Assembly (NCBI GenBank): GCA_028023455.1
Contig: JAQFVV010000009.1
Span: forward strand, 16,926,001-16,990,000
Source: Epiperipatus broadwayi
Lineage: Eukaryota > Animalia > Onychophora
Reading direction: 5' to 3'
Length of the DNA: 64,000 nucleotides
Part shown: positions 1 through 18,607 of the stretch, piece after piece
Position numbering within the stretch: the stretch's first letter is position 1
Layout: each line of letters begins with the position of its first letter
Notes under the pieces: model-generated
Told to the model about the DNA's origin: nothing
The model's input: only the letters and a program-made list of their open reading frames with translations
Database searches by the model: none
Position numbers and translations under genes: made by a program

Positions 1-3000
1 GGGGTCTTATAAAAGTGGAATTCCCTCAAAAGAATTGAATATTACAAACGCCTTCATTTATATCTATATCGTTTAAATTTAAATTTAGTTAGTACTATTA
101 TAATTTTTTGAAATTATAAATTTTCATTTATTGTTTTACAACCTATTAAATATTGTTTGTGTTATGATAAATATCTACTATGGAGATATGGGAAGATATA
201 ATTTTAACTTTTATTTAATAATATAGCAGAAATGTATGTAAAGCATTCGTATTTATAAATTTTGATATATATAAAGATAAATTTAAATTGTTCTCAGTTA
301 ATAAATATTGTTAATTTCTTTTTTATTTTAAGAAAGTCTCTGATTTATTTAAATTATTTATTTTATTTTCATAATAAAATAAGATTGAATACACATATCC
401 ATATATCTATAAATCATGCTAACTTATCATAATAACTTGGCTGAAAGTAATTTTGAGAATCTATTGAGATTATATTAAGTATTATTATTACTACAGAATA
501 TTGATGGACCCTTGAAAAAGTTAAGTGCAAAATTCACCCTGAGTTCAAATACTGAGCATAATGGAATAATTAAGAGAAGTGAAGATTGCATGAACTGGTC
601 TAAGTTAGATCTATATTTAATATTTAGATATTAAATTATATTATTTAAAATAGATGCAATTATGGATTTCATTTTATGGCAGCCTATGTGAAGACCCTAA
701 GTCTGACTATAGTTAGATGCATTCATGTTCATTTCTTAAGGGAATGTGTACTGTTACAATATATATATATTAGATAAATGTATTAGAACAAAACAAAGAA
801 TAAATAATATCTGATGGATTTTTGATTTATCATGATACATTAAGAAAAAGAAAATACACTTTATATATTTTTCAGATAAAAAAATCAGATTACTTAATTT
901 TTTATATCTTTTGTCTTAATCTTTCTTTTTAAAAAAAAACTATTGACAGTTATTTGAAATATCTATTTAATTTACATAACAGACAACCCTTGATAATGAA
1001 CACATACATTTTCAAACCATTTAAAATTTATTTTTTAAGCATTATTTTATATTTATCAAGCCAAGATGAACTAATAGAAGAAAACAAAATTATTTCAGAT
1101 GGTTTTTAAGCAATTCTTGTCTTAATTTCCAGGATAGGATTAGCTATTTGTTTTTATAATAATTTCTTTCATCTTTCAGGTTTATGCTTGTCAATAATTT
1201 TTCTTTCCTGTCTCAGATGGTAATTGGTTGTAAAGATATAGAGCAAATAAAAAACAAATCCCACAGCTAGAAAGTCTTCTTCAGCCAATCATTCTGTAAT
1301 ATTACTTAATCCAGATAAAAATTCATTAATTAAAATTTAGGCTTAAGAAAAAATCTAACGATAACAAATTTTGTTATTCCTTTTTAGTTAAAACAATTGT
1401 CAATAACAATAAAAAATTACAAGTACAATCTCTTCTTTCTTTGTTGCATCATCAATTACCATGGCATCTTAGTTTACACTTTCATGGCATAATAAAGATA
1501 CAAACACTATTGTTAATAAAACTATCAATTTTTTTAAAACTTTCTTTTTATTTTAATATTTTACAATTTTAAAAAATAAATAAATAAATAAATCTTATAG
1601 ATATCTAAAATAAATCTAAACAATTCATATACATTCAACATAAATACATATCTGTAAATCATAAATCTTTTTATTATTTTTTAACAAACAAATTATATTT
1701 TATATACTATAATCAATAGCAATTCCCAAAGTCATTTTCATAGTCCATTTATTTATTCTGCATTAATGTACAATCATAACAAAATGTATACCACAAAATA
1801 GAGAGGGAACAATAAAATATTAACAATAAAAAATATATACAACAAAATCGAACAAAGATAACAATCAAAAAGAAAAAAATTACAATATTTTCTACCATAA
1901 AAAATATTGTAATATATGTATTATGAATAATCAGTCAAAATCAGTCTTATATAGTAAACCAGGTTCCTTCCAAATAAATATCTTGTTTTTGCTAGGTTTA
2001 AATACCTTTTATAAAAACTTTTGGAATCTAAACTTTAATAAGTTTTGTTATTAAACTCAATACATAACTTCTTGGTGATTATTACTCTATATAATACTAC
2101 AGGAATGGACCAGCCCTTCAAGCAGAGGGGGAAATACAATTGATAGCATAACTATCAATGATACCCATGGCCAGATTGAGCTATACAAAGCATAACATGA
2201 CCATATTTGCTGAACATAGTCCACCTCAACTTCTGGAACAAACCCCTGCAATCAAAAGCATTTTATTTATTTGGAGGATCAAACTCAGGTGCCACCTAAC
2301 CATATGTTATATAGTCAGCATATTTCAGATGACAGGCACAAAATATCTCAAGCTAGTTCATATTCTTAACCAGTATCCAGCACATTTACTTAACACATAA
2401 ATAAATATTTATTTTTTCAAATAATTGGTGAAGCAATGAGAAGAGAGAGAATAGATCAAAATACCAACTAAGCAAACAATATTTATTCATGCAAAGACAG
2501 ATTTAACATAATATAATAAAACACAATAATACAAAAATTTACATTAAAAATATGTGATTAGTTTCAGGCTATTGTTATAATAGTCCTTCATTAATTAAAG
2601 TTTATTTAAAATAACTATAAAGTGTCTATAGACAAGTATTAAAATATCTTTACCTAGGTTTTTATTATTGTCAGTTTCCTGTTTTTTTTGGTTTCATCAC
2701 TGGTTCCAGAGCTTGTTTTTATTTCTTTGGCTCAACAATGGAAGAGAGAATATGTGGCAGCATCTTCTTTAAGGCTTAGGCATTTATTCAGGGCATTGGT
2801 TCCAGGCAAATACAGCTGATTTTGCTGAAAACTAGGGTATGAAGTTGTCAAATACTCCTACAATGCATGTTGCTAGTTCCACGGCTTTTGCATTGATGTT
2901 GACCACAGCAGTAATTGATTGGCTTACTACTGCATTTACAGTTTCCAAATATTTGGATCTCTGGTTGTTTGGATTCTCAATAAAAAACTCTGTGTCAGCA

Positions 3001-4306
3001 TTCTGTATTTTGTCTTAACTGAATCAATAATGGCATAAATACCAGACTAGTTCAATCACAAAATGAAGGCTGGAACTATTCAATCATAGAATGCAGATCA
3101 GACTAAATAACAATAGACAGTGGCAACTTTATATACCCTTCTCCCTCATTGTTTTAATTCCTTATCATTATTTTTAATTTTGATAATAACTTAAGTCTGT
3201 TTTTTAATTATTTTTACATTTCATTAATCTAATTGATTTTTACATTCCATGTTATCTAATCTTTTTCTTAGATTAATCTACTATCTCATTGATAGTTTAC
3301 ATAGCTTTTTAATTAATTCAATTGTTAGTTTTACTTTTTCTTTATCAGCCAGTAATCTTTTAAAACTAATTACATTTGTGAATGTTTTCTTTTATAAACA
3401 AAATTTTATTCTGATTTTTCATATTTTCTGATTTTTAAAAAAGAGAGTTTTTAAATCTTTTGATTGTAATTATCCCCAAGCCCTCTCAATACTAAAACTT
3501 TATTCTCTTTTAAAAAAAAATATAATGCAATCTGTTTGTTTGTTTGTTTGTTTTTTTATTTTTTACAAAATTACATTTTAATCAAAAGAAAACTACTCTA
3601 AAAACATATTACATCCTTTTTCAATTTTCATTTCTATTAATAATTTAATCATTTATTTTTAAGTTATAAACATGTAATGCTGGAATACATATTTGTTTCA
3701 TAACACACATCTCTCGCTAGCATTACAATAGGAAAATATATACATCAAACTAATAAAAATATTAATCTTTCTTTACTAATAAATAATTTAAACTTTATGC
3801 ATAAACACAAATAAATATCTCTGCTTTTTTATATTCTCTTCTATCAATATCTATATATGCATTTTTTAACATATATATACGATATCATAATCAACTGCAA
3901 AGATGGATTCTCCCAATGTTTACAATATATAATTGAGTCGATCAGATGAATATTGCTGCATGATTGTAGCCTTCACCACTAAAGGAGAGACTTAAAAGAG
4001 GAAAAATAGTTTATTTGAATTATAATGAAGTTAATAATAATATTAATAATTAAAAAAAGCAAAAAAATAGTTTGATTAGGTACTAATCGAAATCAGCAAA
4101 AAAAAGATTTTATTCTCTAAATTAAGTAAAGTCAATCTTAGCATCTAATTAATTAAAAGAACATATATATTTTCTATTTTATTTTTTATTTTATTAAATA
4201 TTTATGAGGGAAATGACCAATGAATGCCATTTTAAAAATGTATCACATTAATGGAAAAAGACAATGAATAGATAAGTACTCATCTTTTAGCTAAAGATGC
4301 CACTCT

Positions 4307-5528
4307 ATGGCACGGTTTTCACGTCAAAACACATCAAAATGCTGTTTCCACAGCCGACACAATTCAACCCATGTTTTCTATAATACAACTTTTTTGTTGT
4401 GCTACAGAATGCAGGCCACTATGTCGCATCGCAGTACAGCAAGTATGTCGCATAGTAGCAAATACATTTTCCGAATTTCACACAATTTATAAAATAATTA
4501 CAGCTTGATGAGAGAGTTTGTATTTGAATTGTATTGAAATGTTGTCTTCATTGGATTTTTTTTTATTTTAAAGTATTGAAATGTTCAGATTTTTTAAAAC
4601 AATAATTCTAAGACTTTTTACAATGTACTGTATTAAACTTTTATTTGGGAAAATGTTAAATATCTATGTTTTTATTGAGTTGCAATTAGGTAACATGTCA
4701 AGTAACGTACTGTTCGTAACATTCCATGAGACAAAGAAGATTCTACCGTCTGTATATTTTTGAAGTAAAAAAGAGTGGTATGAAAAAATATCCAGTAAGA
4801 AAACTCCAAATATACAGGTTTTTTTGTAAATTTCATAAAAAGAAATATTATAAACATGTTTAATAAGTAAAGAAGACATTTGTATGTGTTTGTTGTTGTT
4901 TAAAAAAGTTTGAGTTTCTTTCTTTTCTGAGTACGGTTACGATTTTGAATTTTTTATTTTAGCATTAGAAACAACAGAACACTAACCCTAAAACTAACCC
5001 TAACCCTAAAATTAACCCTAAACCTAACCCTAAACTAACCCTAAAATTAACCCTAAAACTAACCCTAAACCTAATCCTAAAACTAACCCTAAAACTAACC
5101 CTAAATCTAATCCTAAAACTAACCCTAAATCTAACCGTAACAACTTTTACTTTTATTACAATTATTATTTTTTAGTTAAACAACAACAAAAAAAGTCATA
5201 ACACAAGTAAAAAAATATCCGATAGAAAATTGATTAAAAAAAAGCCATAACACAAGTAAAAAAATATCTGATAGAAAATTGATAAAAAAAAAAACGTAAT
5301 ACAATTTAAAAAATATACGATATAAAAAACACGAAATTGTAATTTGTTGATTTTATTTTACATTTATTATTATCATTTAAATTGTATACATTAATAAAAA
5401 ATAATATTTAAAAAAGACAATTTTGTTTTGTTTTTATTTTCGCATTACAAAAAAGCACAGCAAAATTATTATAATCAACGACCCGAGAATGGTCATATTT
5501 TATAGTTTTAGCATGAAAATGGCGCCAT
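4307..5528. mobile_element. Putative non-autonomous TIR element (about 1.2 kb) carrying internal minisatellites
   Basis: Degenerate 24-bp inverted repeats at 4307-4330 and 5505-5528 (18/24 match, mostly transitions). They enclose the telomere-like array and an approximately 50-bp tandem repeat at about 5208-5330. No TSD was recognised. Confidence 0.4.
4981..5140. repeat. Telomere-like 12-bp minisatellite (AACCCTAAAACT)n
   Basis: CCCTAA hexamers alternate with AACTAA/AATTAA/ACCTAA hexamers; the array is interstitial. Confidence 0.9.
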
Positions 5529-8049
5529 CCAACGGAATCTTTATCTATAAGACAAGCACCAATATATAAATTCATAAAACCTAAAAATACTGAAAATAAT
5601 GTTAAAAAAAAGCAGTAAAGATCTAAAGTAAATTATGCAACACTTTATTATTATTACTATTAAATTTTGCATTAGAGGAGACTTGTTAAATACTTAAGTG
5701 ATATATATAATACTTCATTTACTTTATAAAAAAAAAAAAAAACATAAATAAAAGTAAAAATTTCAGTTGCAACAAGCCTTCAACACTATTTTTTTCTGAC
5801 AAAAAGGTCTATCCTCAAATTAAAAGCTCTCATAATGTTAAGAAATAGTAATCATCATCGTGAGGACAGTTTGTGGAGGATCGCCATGTGATACTGAGCA
5901 TCCAAATAGCAACTTGAGCACAAATGTTCTTTTCAATTAATTAAATTAAGATTACTGACTTTTATTTTCCTCAGCTGGGAATCAATTTAGAAACCTTTAG
6001 CACTTAAGACTTCCACTCATTTTCTCTGCAAAATGGCACAAGAAATTATAAAAGAGACCATGTGACATTTAAGCACTTTCATTTAATTGATCAAACTGTG
6101 ATTTTTTTAATACTTTTCTCCATTGGAAATCATTGAATAACCTTTAGTTCTTGAATCTATTCTGGACTTCAGCTAAGGATTTCAAGATTTCAGCTCCTAG
6201 ACTTCTAGACTTTGAAGGTTTGTATTTTTGTTTGAAAAATTCCTAAATTTAAAAGTAAAAAAAAGTGTTCTAAATAGTACTGTTGGTTCTTTAAAAAAAA
6301 TTGCTTTATACTTTATATTAATTATTGATAATATACTAATCAGTTGTATTTTCAAATACAGTCTGCTAAAGACATAAAAAATTCAAACAAAAAAGATATT
6401 TTTATTCTACCCTCTTTGCCAAAAATATCAAATACAAAAGTTGTTTCTCTGTTCTACTATTAATTTTCAAAAAATGTTCAATTTAAAGCACATATTTTCT
6501 TTCTGCAATCATTATTCATTATCTTTTTTTTTTAAAAAAAAAAAAAACATTAATGAGTATTATATATATAAAGAAAGAGTGATCATATTTCTTTCACAAA
6601 TATAAAGAGTACAATACTAATTTTTTTTTTTTTTCTGTTAATTTTTGTTTGTGTTTTAAGAATTCATAAATTTTAATAAATATTTTAAAATTAAAAAAAT
6701 AGTACGATAAAATACTATAATTCTTTTGTTAGCCTAAATAATATCACTTCCCAGTTTGTAAATTGAGACATTTATTCTGCTATTTTGCTTTTGTTGTTGT
6801 TTATCAAAAGTATAGCTTATTTTATTACCGATATTGTGCGAGTAATATTTTGCTAAAACTTATTTTTTTTTATAAAATTCCTCAAATTTTAGGGGGGAAA
6901 TTATTTTCCTAAAAGCTCACTAGTTTCAAATTTTATACATCATCACGTGTTGATTAGTACAACAGAAATAAACGACAGAGCACTATGGCATTTATAGCTG
7001 CAAAATGAATATCATCTAACCCCGAAATGCCAAGCTTTTCTATTTTCCAAAAAAAAAAAATCACGTTTTTCTCTGAAAACCTTAAAGATAAAATTATTTA
7101 TAAGCAATAGTTTGTATGGATAGATGTGTGCGTATTTAGAATTATCAATAAAAATATTTTTAAAAATTTTCATCTCTAACAACAATAAACCTAGTTAAAA
7201 ATAATAATTTTTAAAATCCGGAATTTGTTATTAATTTTATAATTAAGAGTTTGACAACTTAATTCTAATAGATAAAATAATTTTACTAATAAGCTAAAAT
7301 AATAAAGAAACGTTTGTATTTTTTAATTCACATTAAAATTTTAGTTGAATAATATCTGAATTATTAAAATATTATTAACAGTTGCATTAATATTTAAATA
7401 ATATTAATTATAAGTTAACTCACAAAAATATAATCTTACGATCAAAAGTAAATATGAATGTACACTTATTTAAAAATCCACTATATGAAGAATGTACAAT
7501 AATTTCTAAAATATTTTTACTATTTATAATCACGATTAAAAAACAAAAACAAAGAAATATTTAATGTACAATTAAGTTTGCCTCTTAAAGTAAAAATTTA
7601 AAGCTATTACTTGAATTTGACTACTTTCCCTTTTCAACTCTCTTTTCTCTCCAAACAATCAGATTTTACTCAAGACAATGTCGAACCACAGAATCTTTTT
7701 TTTTCTTTTCAAAAAAAATTTTTTTTTAATTGAGAAATCTTGACTTAGTTCCAATTGCAATTCGGAATATGATCGTTAGTACGGTGTCCCCAAATGTGTT
7801 AAATCTCTACACCTGTATGAGTTTTATTAATTCTAGATCAATTGTATAAGCAAATCTACATCTATATGAGTTTATTAATTGTAGATCAATTGTACTGTAT
7901 AAGCAAATCGCATAGTTGATATTTTCAAAGGAAAATGCATCAATAACTAGGCTTTTTAATAATATACTTTATAAAGCAAATGAAAAACTAAAAAAATTTA
8001 TCTTGATAAAAAAATTTGCCTGACAACATATACCAATTATTAAAATCGT

Positions 8050-9230
8050 ACATCAGCACTTGATCATTCTTTACTATTTACGGCACCATCAGTACTTATT
8101 GTTAATGAAAAAATACTGGGTGAACAAAGCAAACTTCTCTCTTAGTACAATTTAAAGAAATCTTACAAACAAGTTTATCTGTCAGCCTAAATCTTTTGAT
8201 TTTTTGAGGAAAACTCTGAGAAAAATATAGTTATAAGCCAATTTGACATGGCAAAAAAATATTACAAAATGAGAAAAATCTATTCCCCCACAGACATATG
8301 AATTATACTATTTGTATTTAAATAACTAAATTTTTTGTGAACAGAACTTGTACCTGCTTATATTAAAGTATCCAGTTTCAATGGTATCAAGTTTAAAACT
8401 TCATTTCTATTCTCACCCAACCAATCATCATAAGTTTATTAGAAGTAAAGAATTTTGAATCTATTCTGAAGAATAGTTTTAATGTTTTTATTCTCTTTTA
8501 TTATCACAGTAGAGTAGTTTATTTATTAGTCAGGCTGCTTTTCCATATAGATTTATAATAAACTCAATCCAAAAATTGAGTAAATATGCACCAATTGTTG
8601 TTTAGCTTTATATTCATGCTGCTTTTAACTTAGTTCCAATTATAAAGTTTTTACTAAATTTAATTAAAAATTCCATATGCCCTACTATTTTATTAACAAT
8701 TTTCTATTAAATAGTTATGTAAATATAATACTCAATAGAAAAATGGTGCCATCTTTTAACCAAATAAACCAATCCATAAAGTTTTTCTCTGAATGCATTG
8801 CTTTTTACATAACACCCTATTACAATCGATTACAGAAAAGCTTCTTAGTACTTACAGAAATTAGAACTAACCATCCCATGTCTAACATATATGAATGATA
8901 TTTTTAACTTCATAACTTTTTTTTCAAATCTTTCACTTTTAAAGTTTATTCTTGACCACTATACTAGGAAATCTTCATTAAAATTTAATCCCAACAAAAT
9001 CAAGGACCCAGTGCATTCATATTGGCAGAATTGTTATTTCCAACTTTACTGGTACTCCTCACCCTTTCTTATGGTTTCCAGTCTATCCTTCCTCAGTCAT
9101 ATTTATCTAGAATTTCAATTGATTCTTATAAAAAAAACAATTGGTTACTAATTGGGTCTCTATCTCATGCATATCTTTCTATATATTAAAAAATATATCT
9201 TTTCAATATGATAGTAGCAACCTATATTAT
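8050..9230 (-). mobile_element. Highly decayed LINE reverse-transcriptase fragment
   Basis: Minus-strand remnants resemble the 'K.PGPDG' and 'YRPISL.S' regions of a LINE RT, with many stops. Confidence 0.4.
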
Positions 9231-10034
9231 GTCCTACATATCCCTTTAAAAAAATTGTACTTTCTCTGTTGAAATGTCTTGTGGGAGGTATTGGGGGGTG
9301 TGGTGGAAATTTTAGTGCTTTCTACAAATAATAGCTATTATAAAAATAGTCAAGGATTTTACTGCTTATCAGCATTTTTCACTCAGAAAGCAATTTAATT
9401 TCTTTAAAGTTGAATTTTGGACTAGTATTTGATCATATATTTCAATGCCATCAAAAGTTATTCTTCCCTTTCTTTTCATATTTTTCACTAAAAGAAAATA
9501 AAGGATATCAATTTTTTTCCTTTTTCTCCTTCTGTGGAAAAAGACCAATATTGGAAAGGGTTTAAATTTCTATATTCTGGCAGTATTTTTTGAGACACTT
9601 TTAAATATCAGCAATAGAAATGTAATATGTCACTTCAAGTTCTGGTTATTAGAATCTAAATATTTTGATTTTTAAAATAAAATTAAATCTTAATATTCTA
9701 TTCATCTTATTTTATTAAAATACAGAAAATCCTTTACATAATTAGATGTAACATGTTTGATATGCCATAGAGAAGATAAAATGATAGACATACTAAGTCA
9801 GTGCTCTACCTTACAGACTACTTTGGATAGAATGCATTGTGTTCTTTCATAAAATTCTGCTGAGTCAATTTTGCTATTACTTACTAACTTTTCTCACTAT
9901 TTGTTTTCTATTATTCATCTTATCACTTTCATTTTGTTTGTTCTGTGATATACTAGATGAATATTTATGCCAACAATTCACAGAATTATCTACTACAATT
10001 CTTAATATCCTTAAGACAATAGAAATTGTCTCTT

Positions 10035-12914
<2,880 letters not shown>

Positions 12915-15864
12915 ATTAAATAAATACGTGGAGCAGGTTATAGCTGTAAATGGTTTTTTCCTTCTCAAACACTGGATCAATATCAGGTTTCTTTCTTCAC
13001 TCCAATAAAATGCTTTCCTATTTTAACAATGAATTCTTACTGTGTTCATTAAATATATATAAAAAGTTTTCAGTCTAATAAAGTTAATATTGAAAGATAT
13101 ATATATTAAAGTCCTTATTTTTATATAAATTTGACATTCTAGGGAAATAAATAAATTATAAAATGCTATCTATCTAATATTATTACCAAAAAATATTATA
13201 GCAGCTAGTGTTCAAGATTCATTATAAACTTTTGAATCTATAATGTATTTTTTTTTACTGACATATGTAAATTAATAAAATAATTTCTATATTTAAAAAA
13301 TGCTTTTTAATCCAAATTATGATTATTATCTATACATTGAAATTCAAAAGTATTATTTTAAATATGTACGTTAAATGATGCAATTTTTACAAATAGGCAC
13401 TGCAATCAAACTCCTTTTCTTAAAGCACTTGATATTTCAAAGAATATATATGAACCTAAATCTATAGACTTGATTGTTTTTCCCCCAATGGATATATGCA
13501 TACAAATCAACAACTTTAACTTATTTTCTGTCCTATAACAGTTTTGGGGATGAAAATTCCTATATGAGTGTAAAGATAATGATAAATTACTTAATTCAAA
13601 TGCAAAAAATGTTTCGTACGTCATTAATTAATATACATAGTTGCAGTTTCAGTTTTATTTCAGAGATGTGCTTGTAAGAACGTATAAGTATTACATCATA
13701 CTCTATGGCTATTGTGAATATATCTATTATATATGTAAGTATATGATTTTAACTGAAGTGTTCAAGTTTATCTAAATAATATATAACAAATGGTAGTATT
13801 AAATAAAAAATGATGCAAATTGATAATTTACTATTATATATATATATATAAATGATGCCACCTTCATACTTCTACTGTACAGAATCCGTAGTTTATCTTA
13901 ATATGATTGAAGTGCAGTTAAATTTTTGATGCTGATGTTTTGGCGAAGGTAAGAATAATAACTTCGTATTAATAAATATTTTATGTATACAAAAAAAAAA
14001 GACAAAGAAAATGAAATTTATCTGAGTTTTTTTTTTTTTATCACTAAAATTAGCTAGTTTTATTTTTAAAATATTTTTATAAGTTTCATAAATATTAGTA
14101 GGAGAGGAGGTCAATTTAAATGCTTACAACCAGGGTGTCATCTGCGAGAGGATTAGAAACTTTCAAAAAAAAAACCTCCCATTAAAAAAAACTCACACTA
14201 CTCAGACCAAATTTATATATATACTTTGATTAATTTAAATGAAGTGTCTAATTAAAAAAATATTACGATCATTCAGAAAAAAAGTAATACTTTATATAAA
14301 ATATAGTAAAAATAATAAGGTAATCAAGAACTCAGCGTCCATACAAACACATTTTTATTTTCACTAATCGAGAATGTATCATATTTTTTATTTTGACAAT
14401 CAGCTCATTAACATTCATTTGTTTAATCCAGATGTAAGGTAATTATTATTAATACCATCAGAGAAATTAATAAATTACTAATAAATTAAATTAGATAAAA
14501 TAAAAGAGTTAATTATTTTTTTTACCAATAAATTTAAAAAAGGATCATTTTATAATTTAACATAACACCGTTAATTTATTTAATAAATAAATTTTTCAAC
14601 AAGTATTTTCATTTTAATAAATTATTGTTTCAAATTTTCATTCTTTTTTATACATCTAATAATCTATCTATCTATCTATTCATTTTATCTATCTATCCAT
14701 ATATATGTACTTCTAAATATTCATTTATATAATAATTGCTTATTCAGACATACAATATATATATATAGAACTTATCGTTATTATTAATAGCAAATACCAT
14801 AAATGAATATGACCAACTCCAAAAGAAAGGAAAGATAATAGAAAAAGACAAAAATACAAAACAGACGTTTTAAATATATTTAAAATAAATATAAATATTT
14901 ATAAATGCAACAATAAGAACCTAGAGAATGTATATATATTTTTACCAAACGTCAAATATTAAGAGAAATGTTTAGAAATTAATAAGCTAAGTAAAAAAAA
15001 AAAAAAATTCTACAAATTATTAATACATGTTTATTTATTTAAAATATTAAATTAAAAATATAATCCGCACCACATTAATAATATTAAATAATTAATTGGT
15101 GATATAAAATATTAAGTTGTACGTTGATAAACTAGTCAGATTTATGAGACAAATTTAATTTTTAATAATAAATTTTTATATTCGTTACAATAATTGATTT
15201 TTGCTTGTAATTGACATAAATGAATTATCATGAAAATATTTGGAAAGAAATTTTGAATAAACAAATGGTTGTTTAACAATATATATAAAATTAAAAATAA
15301 TCAATTTAAAACAAAATTGAAATAGACAACTCACTATTTTAAATTTTATATACAGAGGGCAACATTATGCACAAATTTTAAGATTGAAATTTGATCATTT
15401 AATGTAACAATATATATATATATATTGTTATACAGAATATAAGTAGACGTGCGTTTGTGGAAAGCAAATAAGAAATATTTTTATTATTTAAATTGACATT
15501 TATAAATAAAAAGTCATGAGAAGCATTTGAAGAACTAAACTGATAATAAAGTTTAATTATGATGATTCAAAATTGTAATTCGCCTTATCAAAAAGTGCTA
15601 AAATCTAAAATTAGAAGAATCTTCATTTAATAAAAAATATATTATTTATAATCACCTATCTAAATTAACAAGTAATTTTAAAAAAAAAACAATAGTGTAA
15701 TAATATGTATGAATTTAATTTTTTAAAATGTTTAAAATCTAAAAGCAGCTCTTGACCACCAAAAAAAAATTGGAGTTTTATTAAAAGCTAAATATTGGTT
15801 TCATATTTTTTTTAAAGATATTAGTGATAAATAAATGAATAGATGGGTAGACAAACATACGGTC

Positions 15865-16319
<455 letters not shown>

Positions 16320-17399
16320 CAGGTAGGCAGAGACAGATATAGAAGATGTTGATACATACATACTTATACACATATGTACATACATAAATATTTACATACA
16401 TACTTATATGCATACATACATTCATACATATATACATAGATAAAGGTGGTTAGTTGAAAATGCACACATAGATGAAAATACAAAATGAAGAAAGTACTGG
16501 TCAACAAAAGTGTTTTTTGATAGTTTTATTGGGGGAAAAAAAACGGAACAAAAAACTTGTACATAAAATGATATCAGCTTTAAAATTATATAATTTCGTT
16601 ATTTTTTAATTCATAAAATACTTGTAGAAATAAGATATAGATAGGAATGTTAATATAGTTAGCCCATTTAGAAAAATTTAAAGGAATGAGTTCGATACTT
16701 TGTAAATATTTATTTATACAGATACATCCAAATATATATGAAATATTAAATATTTTGTGATTGTGAGTATATTGTACATATCATTTCTCTACCTAGATAT
16801 TCATCAGACGAATAATTAAAGCAAGTACATATATTATTTTTGACAGACTACACTTTCTGGGCATATTTTATAAATTTGTGGGTCTGCATACGTATATATT
16901 AAGTTGTTATTGATAAGTGTATTGATAAAGTGCAGAATAAAGCACGTTGTAGTTCTTCATTGCTTTACGGAACTTTAATATAAATTTATGAAGCATCAAA
17001 ATTTGAAATTAATAAATGTATTTATACTTCTAATCTATAACCCAAATAAATCATTGTCAATTGTAATTTGTTTTCACATTAGATTACATATAAATAATCA
17101 AATATCAACTTTATAAAAAAAATAAAAAACCTATTATAAAATCTTGGAAATATTATCATTTGACAAAAACTTTACATATTTTTTTTAATATTCGAGATAA
17201 TCGGAGAACCCTAAATGTGTACAAAATGATATTATATTTAGAACTGTTTATACAAAATTTTAATATATACATAATAAATTTATAATGCTTATCTTAATAT
17301 TCTGACAATTAAAAAAAAACTTCTATTTATGCAAATAATCATTTTTAATCATTATCAGTCCACTATAACGTAAAGATCTTTTCAATTTTAGCTTAATTT

Positions 17400-18480
17400 C
17401 TCTGATCAATAGCTTTTCTTTTTCATATCACTTCTACAAATCTCTTTAACTGACCCAACAATCTCACATAAATCTTTTATAATCTCTTGAGATTCAGTTT
17501 AAAACTTCAATTACTTTTTTATTGTCATATTTTTTAACAATAATGTTTAGACCAACTACTTTTTAGTCTTATAATGTTTTCAGTAATATTAATAGTAGAG
17601 TTTGTTTTCTATTTTATGTATATTGCATTCTATTTCTATTTATTACTCTTCAGTATTTATCTTCCTACAGTGTTTTATTGTTGTTTTTATTAAATACCTA
17701 AGTCTCAAATCCATAGCTAAGTATTGGTAAAAGACAGGTTTTTTTTTTCTTCATACATATAAGTATATTTTTTTTTAATATTATTCCTATCAAAGGCTCT
17801 CCATTCAACTTTAGTTTTATGATTGATTTCATCCAATTTACTTCCTTCTATATTAATAATCTAATCAAAATATTTGTAGTTGTTAACTTCAGATTGGTAA
17901 TTCATTACTATCAATCTTTTTTTTTTCTTTTTGTAAAATCTATTGAACATTATTTTAGTCTTTTAAGATTTATTTTTAATTCTAGTTTCTTTCTCTCATC
18001 TAATCGCTTTTGTATTTAATATTTCCTGAAGTTCTGAAACATTATTTACAAAAACAATCCTATAATCTGCAAAATATAGATGATTTAAGAAAATTCATTT
18101 GTTGTTATGCACTTATCTTCCCATTTTAATCCACAAAATACTTTCATAAAACGATTATAAAAAGTTTTGGAATATGTAATCACCCTACCTTATATTCTTA
18201 TCAATATTAATCTTCCTAATGTTACTATGTTATTCTAATTATTACTGTTACAATGTGATTTGTAGAATCAACTTCATATCTATAAATCCAAAAAATAATG
18301 GTAAATTAAACTCATTATTGTTACTATCATTTTTTTAAATACATCTATGTATATGACTTAGAGTATTATAGCAACTTTTAAATCTAGCTTGTTTTTTGAG
18401 GGGGGGGGGAATCCAAAGTTTTCTATAGACAAGTTATAATGATTGTATTTATATATTGGACTATTTCCATCATCTAATAT
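17400..18480 (-). mobile_element. Decayed RTE-clade LINE fragment
   Basis: Collinear with the 49-52 kb RTE copy. The RT active-site region reads 'LNHLYFADY' at about 18050-18095. Weaker similarity probably continues at about 19.2-19.7 kb. Confidence 0.7.
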
Positions 18481-18607
18481 AAGTATTGAATGTCTTTAGA
18501 AGCTGCTCACATGACAATGGTGAACAACCTAGTGTGACTTTACATAATGTATGGAAACCACTAATCAACTTTGCTCTTAGGAAAAAGTGGAGAAATCAGG
18601 AGTTAGT

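Noticed and set aside
3880-4000. GC-richer patch with a minus-strand acceptor, as a candidate Wnt2 exon 3
   Set aside because: All frames close quickly and none is Wnt-like.
4981-5140. True telomere or chromosome end
   Set aside because: The array is short, degenerate and interstitial, and lies within an intron.
7806-7908. Approximately 50-bp tandem duplication
   Set aside because: An ordinary local slippage duplication with no further structure.
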